From the NCBI GenBank assembly GCA_964291285.2, contig OZ219786.1, positions 1,088,001 through 1,152,000 on the forward strand: 64,000 nucleotides of DNA. Direction: 5' to 3'. Under the pieces are notes generated by a model. The model saw only the letters and a program-made list of their open reading frames with translations, was not told the origin of the DNA and did not search any database. Each line of letters begins with the position of its first letter. Position 1 is the first letter of the stretch. The position numbers and the translations under genes are program-made. The DNA is from Alphaproteobacteria bacterium (GTDB taxonomy: Bacteria > Pseudomonadota > Alphaproteobacteria > Bin95). Of the stretch, positions 62,902 through 64,000 are shown one piece after another.

Positions 62902-64000
62902 GTGACCGATCGTTCCCTTCGGGACTTCGTCGCCCGGCTGGAAAATGCGGGCCGGCTCCGGCGCATATCCGCTCCCGTGTCGCCCGAACTGGAGGTGACC
63001 GAAATTCACCGCCGCGTGCTGCAGGCGGGCGGGCCGGCACTCCTTTTCGAGAACCTGCGCCGCCCCGACGGCAGCCCCTGGGGCATGCCCGCGCTCGCCA
63101 ACCTGTTCGGCACGGTGGAGCGCGTCGCCTGGGGCATGGGGCGCGAGCCGGAGGGGCTGCGCGAAATCGGTGAAACCCTGGCCTTCCTCCGCCAGCCGGA
63201 GCCCCCGGGCGGCTGGCGCGAGGCGGTGGGCATGCTGCCGCTGCTCAGGACCATGCTGTCCATGGCGCCGCGCACCGTCCGGCGCGGGCCCGTGCAGGAA
63301 ACCGTGCTGGAGGGGGGCGACATCGACCTCGGGCGCTTCCCGGTCCAGACCTGCTGGCCGGACGAGCCCGCGCCTCTCATCACATGGCCGCTGGTGGTCA
63401 CAAAGGGGCCGGGGCGCACGGCCGAGGACGATTTCAACCTCGGCATCTACCGGATGCAGGTGACGGGCCGGAACACGACGCTGATGCGCTGGCTGAAGCA
63501 TCGCGGCGGCGCCGGCCACCATGCGCGCTGGGCGGCAGAGAAGCGCGAGCCGCTGCCGGCCGCCGCCGTGATCGGCGCCGACCCGGCCACCATTCTGGCG
63601 GCCGTCACGCCCTTGCCCGAAACGCTCTCGGAATACCGCTTCTCCGGCCTCCTGGCGGGCCGGCGCCTCGACCTCGTCGATTGCCGCACCGTGCCCCTCA
63701 AGGTGCCGGCCGAGGCCGAGATCGTGCTGGAGGGCCATGTCTCGCTCGACGACTATGGCGACGAGGGGCCTTACGGGGACCACACCGGCTACTACAACGC
63801 GGTCGAGCGCTTCCCCGTCTTCACCGTCTCGGCGGTCACCATGCGCCGCGAGCCGATCTACCTCACCACCTATACCGGCCGGCCGCCGGACGAGCCGTCC
63901 GTGCTGGGCGAGGCGCTGAACGAGGTCTTCATCCCGCTGCTGCAGGCGCAGTTCCCGGAAATCCGCGACTTCTGGCTGCCGCCGGAGGGCTGCTCCTACC
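62902..64000 (+). CDS. ubiD: UbiD decarboxylase (ubiquinone type), runs off window
   Basis: [48 protein letters not shown]; not in ORF track. Confidence 0.9.
   Translation, partial: MTDRSLRDFVARLENAGRLRRISAPVSPELEVTEIHRRVLQAGGPALLFENLRRPDGSPWGMPALANLFGTVERVAWGMGREPEGLREIGETLAFLRQPEPPGGWREAVGMLPLLRTMLSMAPRTVRRGPVQETVLEGGDIDLGRFPVQTCWPDEPAPLITWPLVVTKGPGRTAEDDFNLGIYRMQVTGRNTTLMRWLKHRGGAGHHARWAAEKREPLPAAAVIGADPATILAAVTPLPETLSEYRFSGLLAGRRLDLVDCRTVPLKVPAEAEIVLEGHVSLDDYGDEGPYGDHTGYYNAVERFPVFTVSAVTMRREPIYLTTYTGRPPDEPSVLGEALNEVFIPLLQAQFPEIRDFWLPPEGCSY

Overview
High-GC alphaproteobacterial-type chromosomal window, judged from rpsF-rpsR-DUF2232-rplI next to fabD, DUF1491, uvrC and tRNA-Leu(CAG). It is mostly catabolic and transport genes (TRAP, taurine-type ABC, amidases, CoA enzymes, TauD, UbiD), plus fused FO synthase fbiC, tandem cfa genes and an IYD-like nitroreductase. 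Five signals stand out. (1) A four-copy, transposase-less element family: promoter-like box, conserved GC-rich leader, ATG-CCC ORF of variable length, then CATGACA repeats. The long copy encodes a TerS-like HTH protein, and three of the four copies have been hit by IS elements. (2) An IS110 whose bridge-RNA guides can be matched by eye to its own donor and target sites. It is interrupted in the target loop by an IS1634-like element, which itself holds a 132-bp MITE. (3) An IS1595-family cargo transposon carrying a DNA methyltransferase and a wHTH-HNH gene, inserted into the terminal repeat of another IS1595. (4) An in-frame UGA (C-U-G-S-C) with a SECIS-like hairpin that fuses two ORFs into a 573-aa selenoprotein, in an operon with a paralog and a TrxB-like reductase. 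(5) Two matching, inverted IS1634-like copies about 50 kb apart. All calls come from manual reading and motif recognition; no database search was run.
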